Source: Phyllobates terribilis
Lineage: Eukaryota
DNA length: 64,000 bases
Direction of reading: 5' to 3'
NCBI RefSeq assembly: GCF_046119375.1
Contig: NW_027362761.1
Span: forward strand, 92,132,001-92,196,000
The position numbers were made by a program, and so were the translations under genes. The notes beneath the pieces were generated by a model. That model had not been told where the DNA came from, made no database searches, and worked only from the letters and a program-made list of their open reading frames with translations. Positions 25,801-39,901 of the stretch are shown here, in pieces. The number at the start of each line of letters is the position of its first letter. The stretch's first letter is position 1.

Positions 25801-26399
25801 AGCACAGTATAGTCGAAGGTCAGGAAGCTGCTCGTACCCATTATTACCCCCCTGTATGGAAAACAATATCTGCCCCAAACAATTTTAAGTTGAGATGTAG
25901 TCTGCTTTATATACAAATTTTGTGTTTATCAGGTCTGTGTACCCCTGTGTGGAGAACAATATCTGCACCAAAAAATTATTTTCACTAGAGTATAACTATT
26001 GTAAAGTAGACCAAAACCTCTTCCACTATAGCCAACCAAGCACATGGAGACTCAATCAGGAGTGTTCACATTAGTGCCTAACACCACCGAAGTGGCATCA
26101 ATTTCACTACAGTAGAAATAGTATAATTAGGACCGACACTTCTTCCCCTACAACCAACCCAGTAGATGGAGACCCTATCAGGAGTGTTCACATTTGAAAA
26201 CATTTGGGCCTAAAACCACCAAAGTGGCATCAATTTCACTAGAGTATAAGTAGTATAATGGGGACCTACACCTCTTCCACTACAGCCAACCCAATGGATT
26301 GAGAGACCAAATCTATATTCTCCACATTTCAAAAAATTAGGGCATAAAACCTGCAGTTGCAGCAAGAGCAGGCACACAAGCCATATCCAAGAATGCAAT

Positions 26400-26975
26400 T
26401 CCGCAAGACTTACAGTCAGAGCAGTCAGACTGTGGAATGCCATAACCCAAGAGGTAGTAATGGCCAACAATATAACAGCTTTCAAAAAAGGGCTGGGCGA
26501 TTTACTCAATACACATAACATTGTGGGCTACAGTTAAATTAGACAAAATATTACACCTATAGTAGTACATTTAATATGACAATAATAATTACATAACTAG
26601 TATCATAATTAGGTTTGATTCAGGGTTCTAGGACTAATCACCTTTTCTCCGCGTCAAGAAGGAATTTTTCCCCATGATGCAAATTGGCTGAATGTGTCAT
26701 GGGGTTTTTGCCTTCTTCTGGATTAACAGATTTAAGCATATGGATTTTAGTGATACCGTTACTAGAATCACAAGAGTAATACAATATACAAAACTAATTA
26801 AATAAACGGGTTCATTTTTAATTGTAATAGTGCAGTAATAATTAAAATAATAAATTTGTGAGGCCAAGTTCCAGTAAGTTAGTATGTTAGTGTATGGAGT
26901 ACAATTTGGTGAGAAAGGTTGAACTGGATGGACCAAGGTCTTTATTCAACCTACGTTACTATGTTACTATGTTTA
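26400..26975 (+). mobile_element. CR1 LINE 3' end
   Basis: TVRAVRLWNA..QEVVMANNITAFKKGL end of ORF2, a 3' UTR, and a terminal (TTACTATG)n tail at 26956-26973. Confidence 0.75.
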
Positions 26976-27029
26976 TAAGATCAATGCAGCACACTAAAAA
27001 CTAGAACATCGCATAGTCTGTACAGTCTG

Positions 27030-29430
27030 CAATTAGGGTGCAAAAGTCCTTTGAGATCCATGACTTGTTCATCTTGATGAAAGTTAGGCGGTAAACACTT
27101 TCATGGGACAGCTGGCTGCGCTTATCCATCAAGACACCACCAGCAGTGCTGAAGACACGTTCTGTGAGAACGCTGGCTGCCGGTCATGATAAAACCTCCA
27201 AGGTGTGACAGGTGAGCTCAGGCCATTCATGCATTTTTGAAGACCAAAATGTAAAAGGGTCAAAATCCTCCCTGATGTTATTCATATTGAGCTCTAGACA
27301 CTCCTACACCATCCTCTCCAGTTGTTCACCACATGTCAGACTAGTACTCTGTTGTGCTGGTGTGTGAGCTGGTCTAAAAAATGTGTGAAATGACTCACAG
27401 AAATTGCTTCTGCCATTTACTCTGCTGCTGCTAATGTTTTGGTGGTGACGAACTGACGTGACGGAGGTTGAAAGACTACAGCTGCGATCCACACTGTGTG
27501 CCTCACTCATATCTTAGGGAAAAGCTCTATTAAGGTTGCTTAAAAGCTTGTTTCAATACTCCAACATTAGCGTGTCCCTTTCCAGGGCGGGAAGCATCTA
27601 GCAAATTTTACGTTTATAACATGGATCTAACAGAGTGACAACCTAATAGTCAGCATTATTTCGTATCCTAACTATACGGGGATCATGTTGCAGATAGTGC
27701 AGCAAGAAGGCACTCAAATATCGGGCTCTTCCAGGTGATCCAAAGCCAGACTCTATTGTTGGATGCGTAACACTGATGCTTGTTTCCTCCGCACCCTCCT
27801 GCCAACCATATTCAACAGAGAGGGGATGATAATCCTCTTCATCTTCTGACTTTTGCTTGCTCATCACCTCTTCCTCCTCCATTTGTTCCTCGGCTCTTGC
27901 ACCTTCACTAACAATATGTCTGGTATCAACAAACCCCTTCGATTGCAGGAAGCCACCGTCACTTGACATCCGCCTGTGTGACGACAGTCTGGAACTTAGA
28001 GACATTCTTATCCCTTCCGCATCCTCCTCTTCTTCTGGGACAACCACCTCCTGCCGCACGCTATTCAAAGTCTTCTCCAGCATGTAGATGTCCGGAATAG
28101 GGATGCTGATGACATCATCGTCAGCGCTAACTAGTTTAGTAGACATTTCAAAATGTTGCAGAAGGGTGCAGAGGTCCTTTCCTATTCCATAAACATGATA
28201 TGCCACACGTCCGTACTGCATTGGCCCAAGCTATACGACATGAAAAACTGTGTCAGGGCTCGTTGCTGCTGCCACAGTTGCTGCAACATGTGCAGAGTGG
28301 AATTCCACATCGTCGGCACATCGCATATCAACCTGTTAACTGGCATGGAGAAAGACATCTGTATCAATGCAAGTCGATGACATGGGGGCTGCGAGTGGCG
28401 AAAGTGAGCACACAGTGTCCGTACTTTCTGAAGCAGCTCATCCAGGCCGGGATAGTGGCGGAGAAATCGCTGTTCCTCCGGGTTGAGGACGTGAACCATG
28501 CAAGGCACATGTGTCAACTTGCCTCAACCTAGGGCCTCCACCAGGTTCGGACCGTTATCTCACATGGCCTTCCCTGGCTCTAGGTTCAGCGGAGACAGCC
28601 ATTGCTCAAACTGAGCCTGAAGAGCTGTCCACAACTCTTCAGCCTTATGACTGCGATCTCCAAGGCACATTAATTTGAAGACTGACTGATTGTGGTGAGC
28701 CCTGTCTGCGCAGTACAGAGGTGGTGTGGATTCGCTCTGCACTGTTGGAACGCATGTCTCATTAAGACAGAGGTTGATTGCGCAAGTGGAGGCCCTAGAG
28801 GAGGTGGAGGAGGCAGAAGCAGTGGATAAAGTGTGAAATACAGGTTTGTTCTGCAAGGCTTTGGGATTCCAAGATTTGTGGAGCAGCCCCTTCCCCACCT
28901 GCCCCCACAGCCACCAGAGTCACACAGTGCTCAGTCAGCGAGATGTAACTCCCTTGACCATGCTTAATCATCCAGGTGTCTGTGGTGAAATGCACCCTGG
29001 CAAACATAGATTTACTCAAGGAACCGGTGATGTTGTCTGCAACATGCTGGTAAAGCACAGGCACAGCTTTCTTAGAGAAGTAATGGTGACTGGGCACCGG
29101 TACTCGGGGACAACGACTGCCATCAGCTTTCGGAAATCGTCTGTATCTACCAGGCGGAAAGGCAGCAGACCCTCAACCGCTGTTGGCCACAGCCACAGTT
29201 GTGGCTAAGCGTGCAGTGATCCTCGTGCTTGTATCACTTCAGGTCTGCGCCTGCCACCTCCTCAGATGAGCTACTCGGCTGCATGACTCCGAGGTCACAC
29301 CAACTAGGATCTTCAACCTCGTCATCATCCAGTGTGTTATCCCATTCCTCACCCTCAGAGTCACCCTTCTCCTCTTGTTGCCCCGACAGCACAGTACCTG
29401 TCCACATGAGTCTCAGGTATCTGAGTCTCA
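27030..29430 (-). pseudogene. hAT family B transposase, decayed, BED region deleted
   Basis: VHFTTDTW, CDNGPN, HVPCMVHVLN (CxxH), DVPTMWNSTLHML; C-terminal WPEL...PAASVLTERVFSTAGG...IKMN. Confidence 0.87.
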
Positions 29431-29739
29431 TCAGGATCACCTCCCTCCCTGGTGGTTAACGTTTAGTGACGAGGGTCAGGAACATGCTCGGACCCTACAC
29501 CGTCCTGCCTCGAATCCAACCTAAGAAAAATAGGAACCGAACAAAGTTTTTTATTTTCTGCAGATGAGGCTTGTATAACATAGGAGATATTCTCCAAACT
29601 ATTTCAATCTGAGATGTCCCTGCTGTATAATGTTAGGAACCAAACAAAGTATTTTTTAACTGTGGATGATGCCTGTATGACATAGGAGATGTTCTCCAAA
29701 CTATTTCAAACTCAGATCTAGCCTGCTATATCACATTAG

Positions 29740-30370
29740 GAACAGCAAAAATAGATTTTTTTACTCTGCCTAAGCTCTGAATACAGCTGAATTTCACCGT
29801 CACTCAAAGGACTAGGTGGCTTATAGCAGAGTGTAACACATTTCCGACAGAAAAAAATATTTTTTGGACTCTGCCTAGCAAGAGAAAAAAACTTTTTTTT
29901 ACTCTGAAAACAGCTGAAGTTCACCACCACTAATGTAGTAGCTGACGTATAGCAGAGAGTATGACGTTTGCCACACAAAAAAATCTTTGGTGGACTCTGC
30001 CTAGCAAGACAATAAATCTATTTTTTAACTCTGAAAACAGCTGAGGTTCACCACCACTTTGATAGCAGGTGGCTTTTATCAGAGTATATCACGTTTGCCA
30101 CACAAAAAATCTTTGGTAGACTGTGGCTAGCTACAGAAAAAATATATTTTTTACTTTGAAAACAGCTTAAGTTCACCGCCACTAATGTAGTAGCTGACGT
30201 ATAGCAGAATGTATGACGTTTGCCACACAAAAAAATCTTTGCTGGACTCTGCCTAGCAAGACAAAAAATCTATTTTTTTACTCTAAAAACAGCTGAAGTC
30301 TTTGCTGGACTCTGCCTAGCAAGACAAAAAATCTTTTTTTTTGCTCTAAAAACAGCTGAAGTTAACCCAC
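29740..30370. repeat. Subterminal tandem repeats of the hAT family B 5' region
   Basis: Recurrent ggactctgcctagcaag...aaaacagctgaagttcaccaccact units, roughly 60-120 bp. Confidence 0.75.
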
Positions 30371-31169
30371 CAAAAAATGACAAACTGGGCTAACACAACT
30401 TGCACTATCACATTAGCAAATGAAAAAAAAAAAGGTTTTTGTGCTCTGCACTCAGAAGCTCTGCACGGACAAGCTCTGCAGATAGCTGAATTTCAACCCC
30501 ACAAAATCAAAAAGTGGCCTTCAAGGGCTTACTTGCTTGCTTTATCACATTAGCAAGTGCAAAAATAGATTGAAGGTATACTCCTGCATGGAGCACAGAC
30601 AGTACAACCGGTGCACAACACTGCTCTTTGGCATGGGTCCGGTTCTTTTTGTCAGAATCTCAGTAAATGCACAAAAAAAAAAAAGTGCTGCAAGGTTGAT
30701 TGAACAAGTACACAGCACAGGGATTATCTACACTATCTGACTTCCACACAAGCGCCCATCTATCTAGCTAATATCTGTCAGTACACAGGCACATACTCAG
30801 CAGCGTCTGTCACCGGCAGTAACATGGATCTAATGGCGCTGAGGGTACATGGCTGCTTTTTATATAGAGAGGACATGTGATTTCAGCAGCCAATTGCAGA
30901 AGCCCTTGTGTCTGGACACTGTGGATGCTTCCTGTGCTCTGATTGGCTAGCTTCGCCTTCCTGACTTAAATTTAACACCTACAGGAAGAAAAAAAAAGCG
31001 CACCACTCATCTGACCTGTTCTGAGCTATCACCAGCCCTCCTCTCATCTACCACATCCCCCCACTCATCATACACAAGCACTATGCTAGAAAAACTGTTA
31101 AAAACGCTGTAGTTGTCCCGCAATCACGTTCCCGTGCAAATTCGCCAAACGTTGCAGATTTTTCCCAAA

Positions 31170-31741
31170 TGTAAGAAATTTTGCTTACAACACAGAGAGT
31201 AACATCAGGTGTGAGTGCAACACAGAGGGGAAAGGGAAAGGAAGCCCAGATACTAGGGAAAGAGGAAAGAGGTGACCTCCTAATCTGCATTAGCTTCACC
31301 CTGTCTTCCCCTAACGTCACTTTACAGCTTCCGCAGCTGTCGCCGATCACGTGCCTCGCCCTATTATCTCTGGCGTAAGGCTAAAGCTGGGGGTGGAAGG
31401 AGATGAGCACTAGTCAACCTCCGCTAGCACTCTAAAGACAAAAGGGGAAGACAACACAGGGAAATAATAACTTAGCTTTAGAAGAACTCCAACAGGGCAC
31501 ACAGCCTCAAGACTCCAAAGAGGACGTGCTGCTACTTCAGCCAAGTTCCAAGTAGAAATGAGTATAACTGGCGAAGCCCACCTAGACACAACAGGTATAT
31601 ATACAACCAGACTAAAGGGAGGTAGTCGCTGGGTCCTAAACACAGCCTCCTATCTAGGCAGCTGTCTGCATTGCCAAACGTGGAGACCTCCTGCAAACCA
31701 CTTCATGGTGACTGTCTGTCACCTCTGTTACGCCCGTGACA
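31170..31741. mobile_element. Probable degraded Gypsy solo LTR
   Basis: TG...GTGACA ends and LTR-like gggaaagg/ctaggg blocks; no TSD found. Confidence 0.4.
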
Positions 31742-31789
31742 GCTGCTCTCAAATTATCACTGCGCTTATTGATGCCATAATCATTCTTT

Positions 31790-32004
31790 GACCATGGCCC
31801 CACTATCAGTATTTGGTCAGTAATCAGTCAGTATTTTTTCCCAGGAGTGGGAGACAAAACCAGGAGTGGGTGATAAATGCAGAATTTGTGCACTTGTTTC
31901 TATTATACCTTTTCTCTGATTGTTCCTCACCTGGTTTTCGCTCCCACTCATGAGAAAAAATACTGACCAAATACTGAACAAATACTGATAGTGGGGCCGT
32001 GGCC
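31790..32004. mobile_element. PIF/Harbinger-like MITE
   Basis: TIRs gaccatggccccactatcagtatttg / caaatactgatagtggggccgtggcc; TTT on both flanks. Confidence 0.75.
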
Positions 32005-34469
32005 TTTAACCAAAAATCTTTGACTGGTAACCTTCTCTATTGTAATAATTTGTTGGTTAAAAGGAATCTATCACCACAAATATCTTTTAATAAGGCAACT
32101 GCATAAACGCCTAGGGTATATGGTTGCATATCAGCAGTAGTAAAAGTTTTTCCAAAGTTTGTTTTAGTTACACAGACATTGAACTTTTGTCTTTCTCTTG
32201 TTCTAGCAGTAATTTTTGTACAAGTGACATTGGGCTCTGCAACAATAAACAACACATTGTCTCCTTTGAGTTAGCCTCTGTGTTGTTTTGTTATTGCTTG
32301 AATGTGTGGCTACAATGACAGCTAGGTGTTATTTTCTTAGAATCTAGTTCAATAGGGCCCACCAGAAAGCTTCACTTCCTGTTGACACTTTTTAAAATTA
32401 ACTTTGTGCAAATTTGCTAAATGTGCAAAAAGTTAATCTGATTTTTTTTGTTTTAAAAAATCAAGGCCAATTTAGTTCACCTTGAATTAATTGGCTTATC
32501 TCTATGATTTGGCAATTTTGAAATTTTGTGTGGAAATGTTAACCCTTGCGTATGTGAGCTGCAAAGTATTCTGTTTTATTTAAAAAAAAATTGGTATATG
32601 CAAAAATCGTAATTCTGCAAATGTTTTCTGTTGTATATTTTTATGATTTTAGTTTTCCATTCAATATGATTATTTTCTAAAAAATTTTAACCGCTTTAAG
32701 TTCAGATGAGTGCATAGATTTCATACAAATCTAATTTTATCAAGTTCACAAGTCCCACCAAATTAGAACAATCTGTAATTCACTTAAAGTGAATCGAAAT
32801 AAAAATGCCAGATTCCATCTTACACATTGCAGGAGGTTGCACCAGCGTAGTCTAAAAACATCTCTATGAAGTCTTATGCAATGAATATTTAACTAAACTA
32901 TAAATAAAGTATGAACCAGCCCAAACAATACATATGAAAAATCATAAAAATTATTGAAGATACATAAGGTTGCATGGGCACTTTGATTCCCTTTGGTTTG
33001 GTGTTATATCTATGTATGTGTGTCTATTCATTTTATATTATCATTATCATTATTAGTGATGGGCGAGCACTAAAATGCCCGGGTGCTCGATGCTCGGGTC
33101 GAGCACATTGGAATACTCGGGTGTTCGACCCGAGCAACGAGCCCAATGTAAGTCTATGGGAACCTCAAGCTTTTTTCAGGCGGCTCCCCCCGGCGGTCTG
33201 CAGAGGGCCTAAAAATTGACCGAATCGATGAGAACAGTGCTCAAATGATATGGGAATAGAATGGGGAATACCTCTGGAAGCATTTCTGACTCCCTGGTCA
33301 CTTCTGTCAACAACGTTGTCAGAGGTATTACGCCATTTTTACGGACTCACAATAAAACATACAAAAACAAAACAAAAATGGATTTTCCTGGGAAATATGT
33401 TAAGGATCTTCCTTTCCAGGGTAATGACCTGTATATACAGCAAAATAAATAACCAAAAACAAAAAAATAAATCCACTTGGGCCATGTTCACACGTAGCGC
33501 TTTTGATGCGTTTTTGCACTTTTGCATTGCTTTCAAACAAGACAAATGCATTCACAGGAAATGTCATTTTAACATTTTACAACCTTATCTGGCCATGTGG
33601 TGTGTGAGATATCATCTGACACATCGTGTTTCATTTATGAAGGAGGGACTCTGAAAGTCACAAAGCCTATTTTTATAGGGCCATAAGGCGGCCCTTACTA
33701 TTCTTAAAGGACCAGCAGTTGCCCTCATAATTCTAAGAAAGCCATCAGCTGACTATGTTTTATTGTTCCCATTACTAAAGAGTGGGTCTCCTATACTATT
33801 ATTGCATATGCAGAGAGTGGCAGGGCTGCCCAAAATTTGGACGCACCCCAATACCCATTTGAAGAGACTTAGAGGAGGGCCTCCTAAAAATAATGCTCCC
33901 ATTATTAGAAAGTAGGTCTCCCATTGTGTTTGCCTATGCAGTGAATGCAAGGGTTACCAAAAATTTGGAGGCACTCCGATGCCCCTTGGAAGAGACATAG
34001 AGGAGGGCCTCCTGAAAAAAAAATGTTCCCATTATTAGGAAGCGAGTCTCCCATTGTGTTTGCCTATGCAGTGAATGCAAGGGCTGCCAAAAATTTGGAG
34101 GTACTCCAATGCCCCTTGGTAGAGACGTGGAGGAGGGCCTCATAAAAAATGTTCCCATTAGAAAGGAGCGGGTCTCCTCTACTTGTACTGCCCATGCACT
34201 AAGTGACAAACATTTACCCCATGGGGGGTATACAAGAACATAATGTATACATTTTTTTTTTTACGGGCATCATAAACACCCTTTAAAAAAATTATGTGTG
34301 TGTTGCATCACAGACTACGGTCACCGTGGTGATATGGTGGTGGAGGATGAGTATGAGGAGAAAGAGGAGGACAAGAGCAAATAGCAAAAATCAGGAAGCG
34401 TATACCCATGTGTGGGTGTGAAAAGGTGCATGGGAATACACCTCCCAAAAAAAGACACTGGATTTGAGT

Positions 34470-36900
34470 TTATGTTAAGCTTCTATCATTCGGTGGTGTT
34501 GAGAAGTCTGGCCCAATCCAGCCCTTGTTCATTTTTATATTTTTATAAGAGTCATCCTGTCAGCATTTTCAGTTGACAGGTGGATGCGCTTATCAGTCAT
34601 AATTCCACCAGCGGCACTAAAAACCAGCTATGATAAAACACTGGTGGCAGGACAGGCCAGGACATCCAAGGCGTAGAGAGCCAGTTCATTCCACGTATCC
34701 AGCTTGGATACCCAATAATTATAAGGCACAGAGGAATCACGGAGGACGTTGGTACGGTCAGCATCTTCCCAAACTTTGCACTCTTTTTGAGAGTACCCCA
34801 CGCCTCAGGGCCTATGCATTGGGAGGGGCTAACAAAATTCTCCCAGAACTTTGTATTCCCCTGCCTCTGCTGGATTGAAGTTGTGTCTCTCTCACCTGTA
34901 CTCCTTGGTTGTCCAACGAACTGTGACCTCTGCCGCTAGCGGAAGCTGTAGGTGACTTTCTAAAATGGGCGCACAGGCGGCGTACTTTAACAAGCAGATC
35001 CGGCAGTTCCGGGGAGGATTTGAGAGACCGTTGAACCATGAAGTTAAGCACATGGGCCAGGCATGATGCGTGTGTGCGCTCGCCTCACATGCCTCACCAT
35101 GCCTGGCTGTAGGTTCAGTGGTGTGAGCCACAGATCTGCCTACTCTTTCAGAGCTGTCCACAACTCTTCAGTATTGAGTGGTTTGTCACCTAGGCATATT
35201 AGCTTCAGCACAGCCTGTTGCCGCTTGGCCGAGGCAGTGCTGCTGTGCTTCCAGCTTGTGACTGAGGTGGTCATTTCAGAGATGGAGGCTGAAGAGGAGG
35301 AGGAGGCTGAGGAGAATGAGGTGCAGGAGCTGTAGACTGTGGGGGCAACCTTGATTGACCTAGGACCCGCGATCCTTGGCGTCGGGAGGACAAGTTCCAT
35401 CCCAAGGTCCGACTGTGTCCTGGCTTCCACTATGCAAACCCAGTGTGCCGTCAGCGACATGTACCAAACCGTCCCACAAGCACTTGTCCACGTGTCTGTG
35501 GTTAGGTGGACTTTCCCAGTAACTGCGTTGTTGTGGGCTCGGCTATTGTTTTGGGACATTTGCTTGTATAATGCGGGGATGGCACACCGGGAGAAATAGT
35601 GGCAGCTTGGGACCGAGTACCGAGGGATGGCCGCCAACAGGTTGCAAAATGCTTCCATCTCCACGAGCCTAAAAGGCAGCATTTCGAGGGCAAGCAGTCG
35701 TGAAATGTGGGAATTTAGTAGTGTGGCATGTGGGGCGTTGTCTACGTATTTGCGTTTGCATTCCAAGGAAATGGGTATGGACAACCGAACGCTGTGCTGG
35801 GACAAGGACGTGGATGTGCTTCCTGATGCTGCTACTTGAGAGTGTGCAGTGACAGATGCAGGGCAGGAGGCATCTTTGCATGCACCATGGACTGGGGATT
35901 GGTTTGCATGCACAACAGCGGAATAAGCGGTGGTAGCACCCACAGACACTGTTCCTGGACCCTGGGGTTCGGCCCACAAAGTCGGGTGCTTTGCTGCCAT
36001 GTGCCTGATCATGCTGGTGGTGGTCAGGCTGGTCATTTTGCCACCCCTGCTGATGCTGGCCTGGCAGGTGATGCAAATGGCCTTTTTGGGGCTATCAGCA
36101 CAGTCTTTAAAATACAACCAGACTCGGGAAGACCTAACAGTTGTACTGGCAACTTCCTTTGTGTTGGTGTTACGGGGAACGGTTGCCTGCCTTCTGTCTG
36201 CGGCCACCACACTGCTTCTTCCTGCCTGTTGGGGTGCTCTTCTTCCCTCCCCCTGTGTGCTGCTGTCCTCGATCTGAATGTCCTCCTGCCAGGTTGGGTC
36301 AGTTACTCTATCAGCCACCTCCACATCTTCCACTTCCGCACCCTGGTCCTCCTCCTGACTTTCTGGCAATTGTGTCTCATCATCGTCCACCTCTTGTGAC
36401 ACTTTCCCACCGTCGCCTTCATGTGACCGTGGCTGCTCAAATATTTGGGCATCGCTACATGCTATCTCCTCTTGCCCCGCTTCAAATGGACCGGGTGAGA
36501 GGCCCAAATCTATAAATGGAAAAGTGAACAGCTCTTTGGAGTGTCCTAGTGTGGGATCAGTTGTCTCCTGGCACTCGGCATGGTGAGAGGAAGGAGGATC
36601 AGGATGAGGAATATGCAGTCCAGACTCACGGCTACTGAGACTTGACCGTGAGGAAGACAGGGTGGAGGTAGTGGTGGTGGCAAAGTGACTGGAATCATTA
36701 TCCACTATCCAACCAACAACCTTTTGACATTGATCTGGGTTTAATAGTGGTGTGCTGCGATCCCCTAGGAATTGGGACAGGAAGGTCGGGCAAGATGATG
36801 TGGGTTTTTGTCGTGGCACAATTTCAGCTTGCCCACGGCCTCGGCCTCTGCATGCACCATCACGTCCAGTTCCCCGTCCCTTGCCATGTGCCTTGCCCAT
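34470..36900 (-). pseudogene. hAT transposase: 586-aa open N-terminal part, then frameshifts and an internal deletion
   Basis: BED finger (VWLYF...AICITCQASISRG...IRHMAAKH), HLTTDTW, then fragments HAWPMCLTS and KVRRLCAHFRKS, and a dimerisation-domain remnant. Confidence 0.92.
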
Positions 36901-36959
36901 TTGAAATGGAGGACAATATCTTTCACGCTCACTACAAATAGCTGAATTTGGAGCGAAGT

Positions 36960-37600
36960 TATATGTAATCCGTGTGACGGAGAAACCACAGTTTTAAATA
37001 CCTGGCCTGTAGGTAACTAATTTGAACAGCATAGCGATGTCAAAAACTTTGCTGACACACTGAAATTTTTTTTTTAATGGAGGCCAGAAATGACAGTATT
37101 TTCTGAAAACAAATATGTGATCCGTGTGACGGACAAACCACAGTTTTAAATACCTTGCCTGTAGTTAACTATTTTGAACAGCAAACTGGTGTCAATTGCT
37201 TCAGTGACACACTGAAACAAATTTTTAATGGAGGCCAGAAATGACCGTATTTTCTGAAAACGTATATGTGATATGTGTGACGGGCAAACCACGGTTTTAA
37301 ATACCTGGACGGTAGTTAAATATTTTTAACAGCAAACTGGTGTCAATTGCTTCACTGACACACTAAAACCAATTTTTAATGGAGGCCAGAAATGGCAGTA
37401 TTTTCTGAAAACGTATATGTGATCCGTGTGACGGAGAAAACACGGTTTTAAATACCTGGCCTGTAGGTAACTACTTTGATCAGCAAACTGGTGTCAATTG
37501 CTTCACTGACACACTGAAAATTTTTTTGATGGACTCCAGAAGTGGCAGTATTTCAGCGCAATTATATGTGATCCATGTGACAGACAAACCATAGTTTTAA
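36960..37600. repeat. ~120-bp subterminal tandem repeats in the hAT 5' region
   Basis: About five copies of gatccgtgtgacggagaaaccacagttttaaatacc...ggaggccagaaatg. Confidence 0.85.
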
Positions 37601-38744
37601 ATAGCTGGATTTTTAGCGCTGCAATATGGAAAGCACCTGGCTGTATTCTGCAGTGCCAACAAGCAAATGGCGCAGAACAACGGTGTTCTCTGGATTGATT
37701 TTTAAGTAAATAATGACGATTAGGATCCAAAAAAAAATTATTCCTGGCCCCTGAGACCTGGGACTATTTCTAGAAATGTCTAACAGCAGCAGCAGACAAA
37801 ACTGGAATGGAGCCTCTTGTGCTATGTGCACTGCAGTCTGCTATATACCCTGCCTGCTCGCCTATGTACACTGCCTGCCTGATATCTCTGCAGATGGATT
37901 AGTCCTCAGAAGGACTGTTTGTTGAGATGGATATGTGTCTCTAATATAGTTTGGTACACCTACACTAACTAGAAACAAGCAAATCTCTCCCTAGCTCAGC
38001 AGCACCTCTCCCTACACTGTCTGATTCCGGAGTGACTGTGACGAGCATGGCGGCGCCAAGTCTGATATAGACCTGATGACGCTGTGCGGACAGCCAATTA
38101 CTGTAATGCCACAACCAACATGGCTACGGCATTACAGTGAGTGGCATGCAATCCCTGCATGTTCATTGGCTCTGTAAAGAACGCCAAACATGCAGGGAGG
38201 AAACCCGAGCTCCAGCCCAGCAACCCCGGAAATACTCGGCAAGCGCCGAGTATCTCGAGCAGTGAGATGCTCGGGCGAGCAGCGAGCAATAGTGAGCATG
38301 CTAGCCCATCACTAATCATTATCATTATCTTGGCTCTAATTAGTGGCTATTGTGTGGTTAGTAACTTGTACTTATAACATGAGTATTGACCATTAGTAGG
38401 TTTTAGATATATTGAGGACCTGGGCGAAATTCTAAGTGGGGCCCGAATCCAGAAATATTTCACCAACATAGAACATAGAAAACATTAGCAGAATTGCTTA
38501 TTTTTGTACATCCTACCTCACACCCAAACTACTCTGCTATATCCCCTCTGGCTTCAGTGCCAATGCTCCGATGTCCTTATCGATCATTATTTACTTTGCA
38601 TCTATAACAGAAGGTACAGCCACAAGATCACTGCAGCCTAGTGCCAAGACTGGGAGGGACCACCGGAGCATCGGTGCTGGAGCCACATGGAATGTATCAC
38701 TTCCATGTTAATTTGTTTTTACATTTTCAGAAAATATATGCATA

Positions 38745-38822
38745 CCAGGATTGTGGATGAGGGGTGTCATGCATACTGGATTTGGGATGAGGGGTGCCAT
38801 GCATACCAGGATTGGGGATGAG
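38745..38822. repeat. 32-bp minisatellite, left part of the array split by the Gmr1-like element
   Basis: gcataccaggattggggatgaggggtgccat units, the same as at 49850-51590. Confidence 0.85.
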
Positions 38823-39901
38823 TGTGACGAAATGGACCCCTTTTATATACAAGATAGGATGATTTCTTATTTATCCGGACAATTTGGTATTTTGTGGCGA
38901 ACTGGTAATATGCCACTCATGGGTTAAGTTCTTACAATCTAGCTGGACACTAGTTTGTATACCCATTGTTTCTAGAGTCTTGTTGATATTGGTGATGTTA
39001 ACCTAGGTAATGCAATTATCTCCCTTCTGTAAAGTCAGAGGAATTTAATCCTGTTAGAATGCCATTGTATTACCATGTAGATTGTTGACTCTATGTAAAT
39101 TGCCTCAGCCACCATTGTTCTAATGTCATAACTAGCAAACCGAATGTCTCCTACTAGCATTCTATTGTAGGACTATATCAATCAGTATGTGGTTCTCCCT
39201 TGCCTGGACTGCAATACGACCAAAACTGGTTATATGGGACTTGAAATCCAGCCAATGAAAAGACAGTCTTATTCAACCAATCGTGAAGTCCCCGGTATCC
39301 TGCAATGAGGGCTGAGGGTATATCAGGAGGACTGTTCAGTTGGCCAGGAGATTTTTGTCTACTGCCCTCAGCCTAGGGATGTCAGTCCCGACTGCAGATG
39401 CACTAGCTTGAAGACAGGCAGCTAATTTAGGATCTTCGGATTCGAATGGGAGAACAATGACTGCCTAGGAAGCAACCCAAGTTGGGACATTTCGGTCACC
39501 TGGTTACAGACTTTACCGTGCTGTCTCAGTTCCAAACACCGGCATTATTTCTTTCTGAGCGGGTGCCTGCCAAAAGAAGGGGACGACTGGTTTGGAGTAC
39601 ATAGTCCTGGAAGATCTGAGATACGAAGAATCTAAAACCCTGGTGAGCCAGCGGAAGGGTGAGACTCTGTTGCCTGTTACAATTTGTGCTGTGCTGGTTA
39701 TGTGTTATATGCTGTTAGTTGTTGGGGATCCAATAAAGCCTTAATATTGTGATTCCCTCACCCTGTGTTGTCTGAGTAGTGTTCCGCCCACGGTTGAGGA
39801 GTTCGGGCGTTCAGTTGGGGATGAGCCCTGGTCCACGTTGTCTTTCTAAAGGCGGCTGTGCCAGCGGACGAGAGCACCCACTGACCCCGTGTCTTTGCAA
39901 T

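Larger units (their letters stand above)
33054..38314 (-). mobile_element. hAT family A element, copy 3, with both ends (5261 bp)
   Basis: TIRs TAGTGATGGGCGAGCA / TGCTAGCCCATCACTA; perfect 8-bp TSD ATCATTAT (33046-33053, 38315-38322). Confidence 0.95.

Noticed and set aside
35140-36900. Domesticated ZBED-type host gene
   Set aside because: It lies between intact TIRs with a TSD, is truncated after 586 aa, and has several decayed paralogues in the window.
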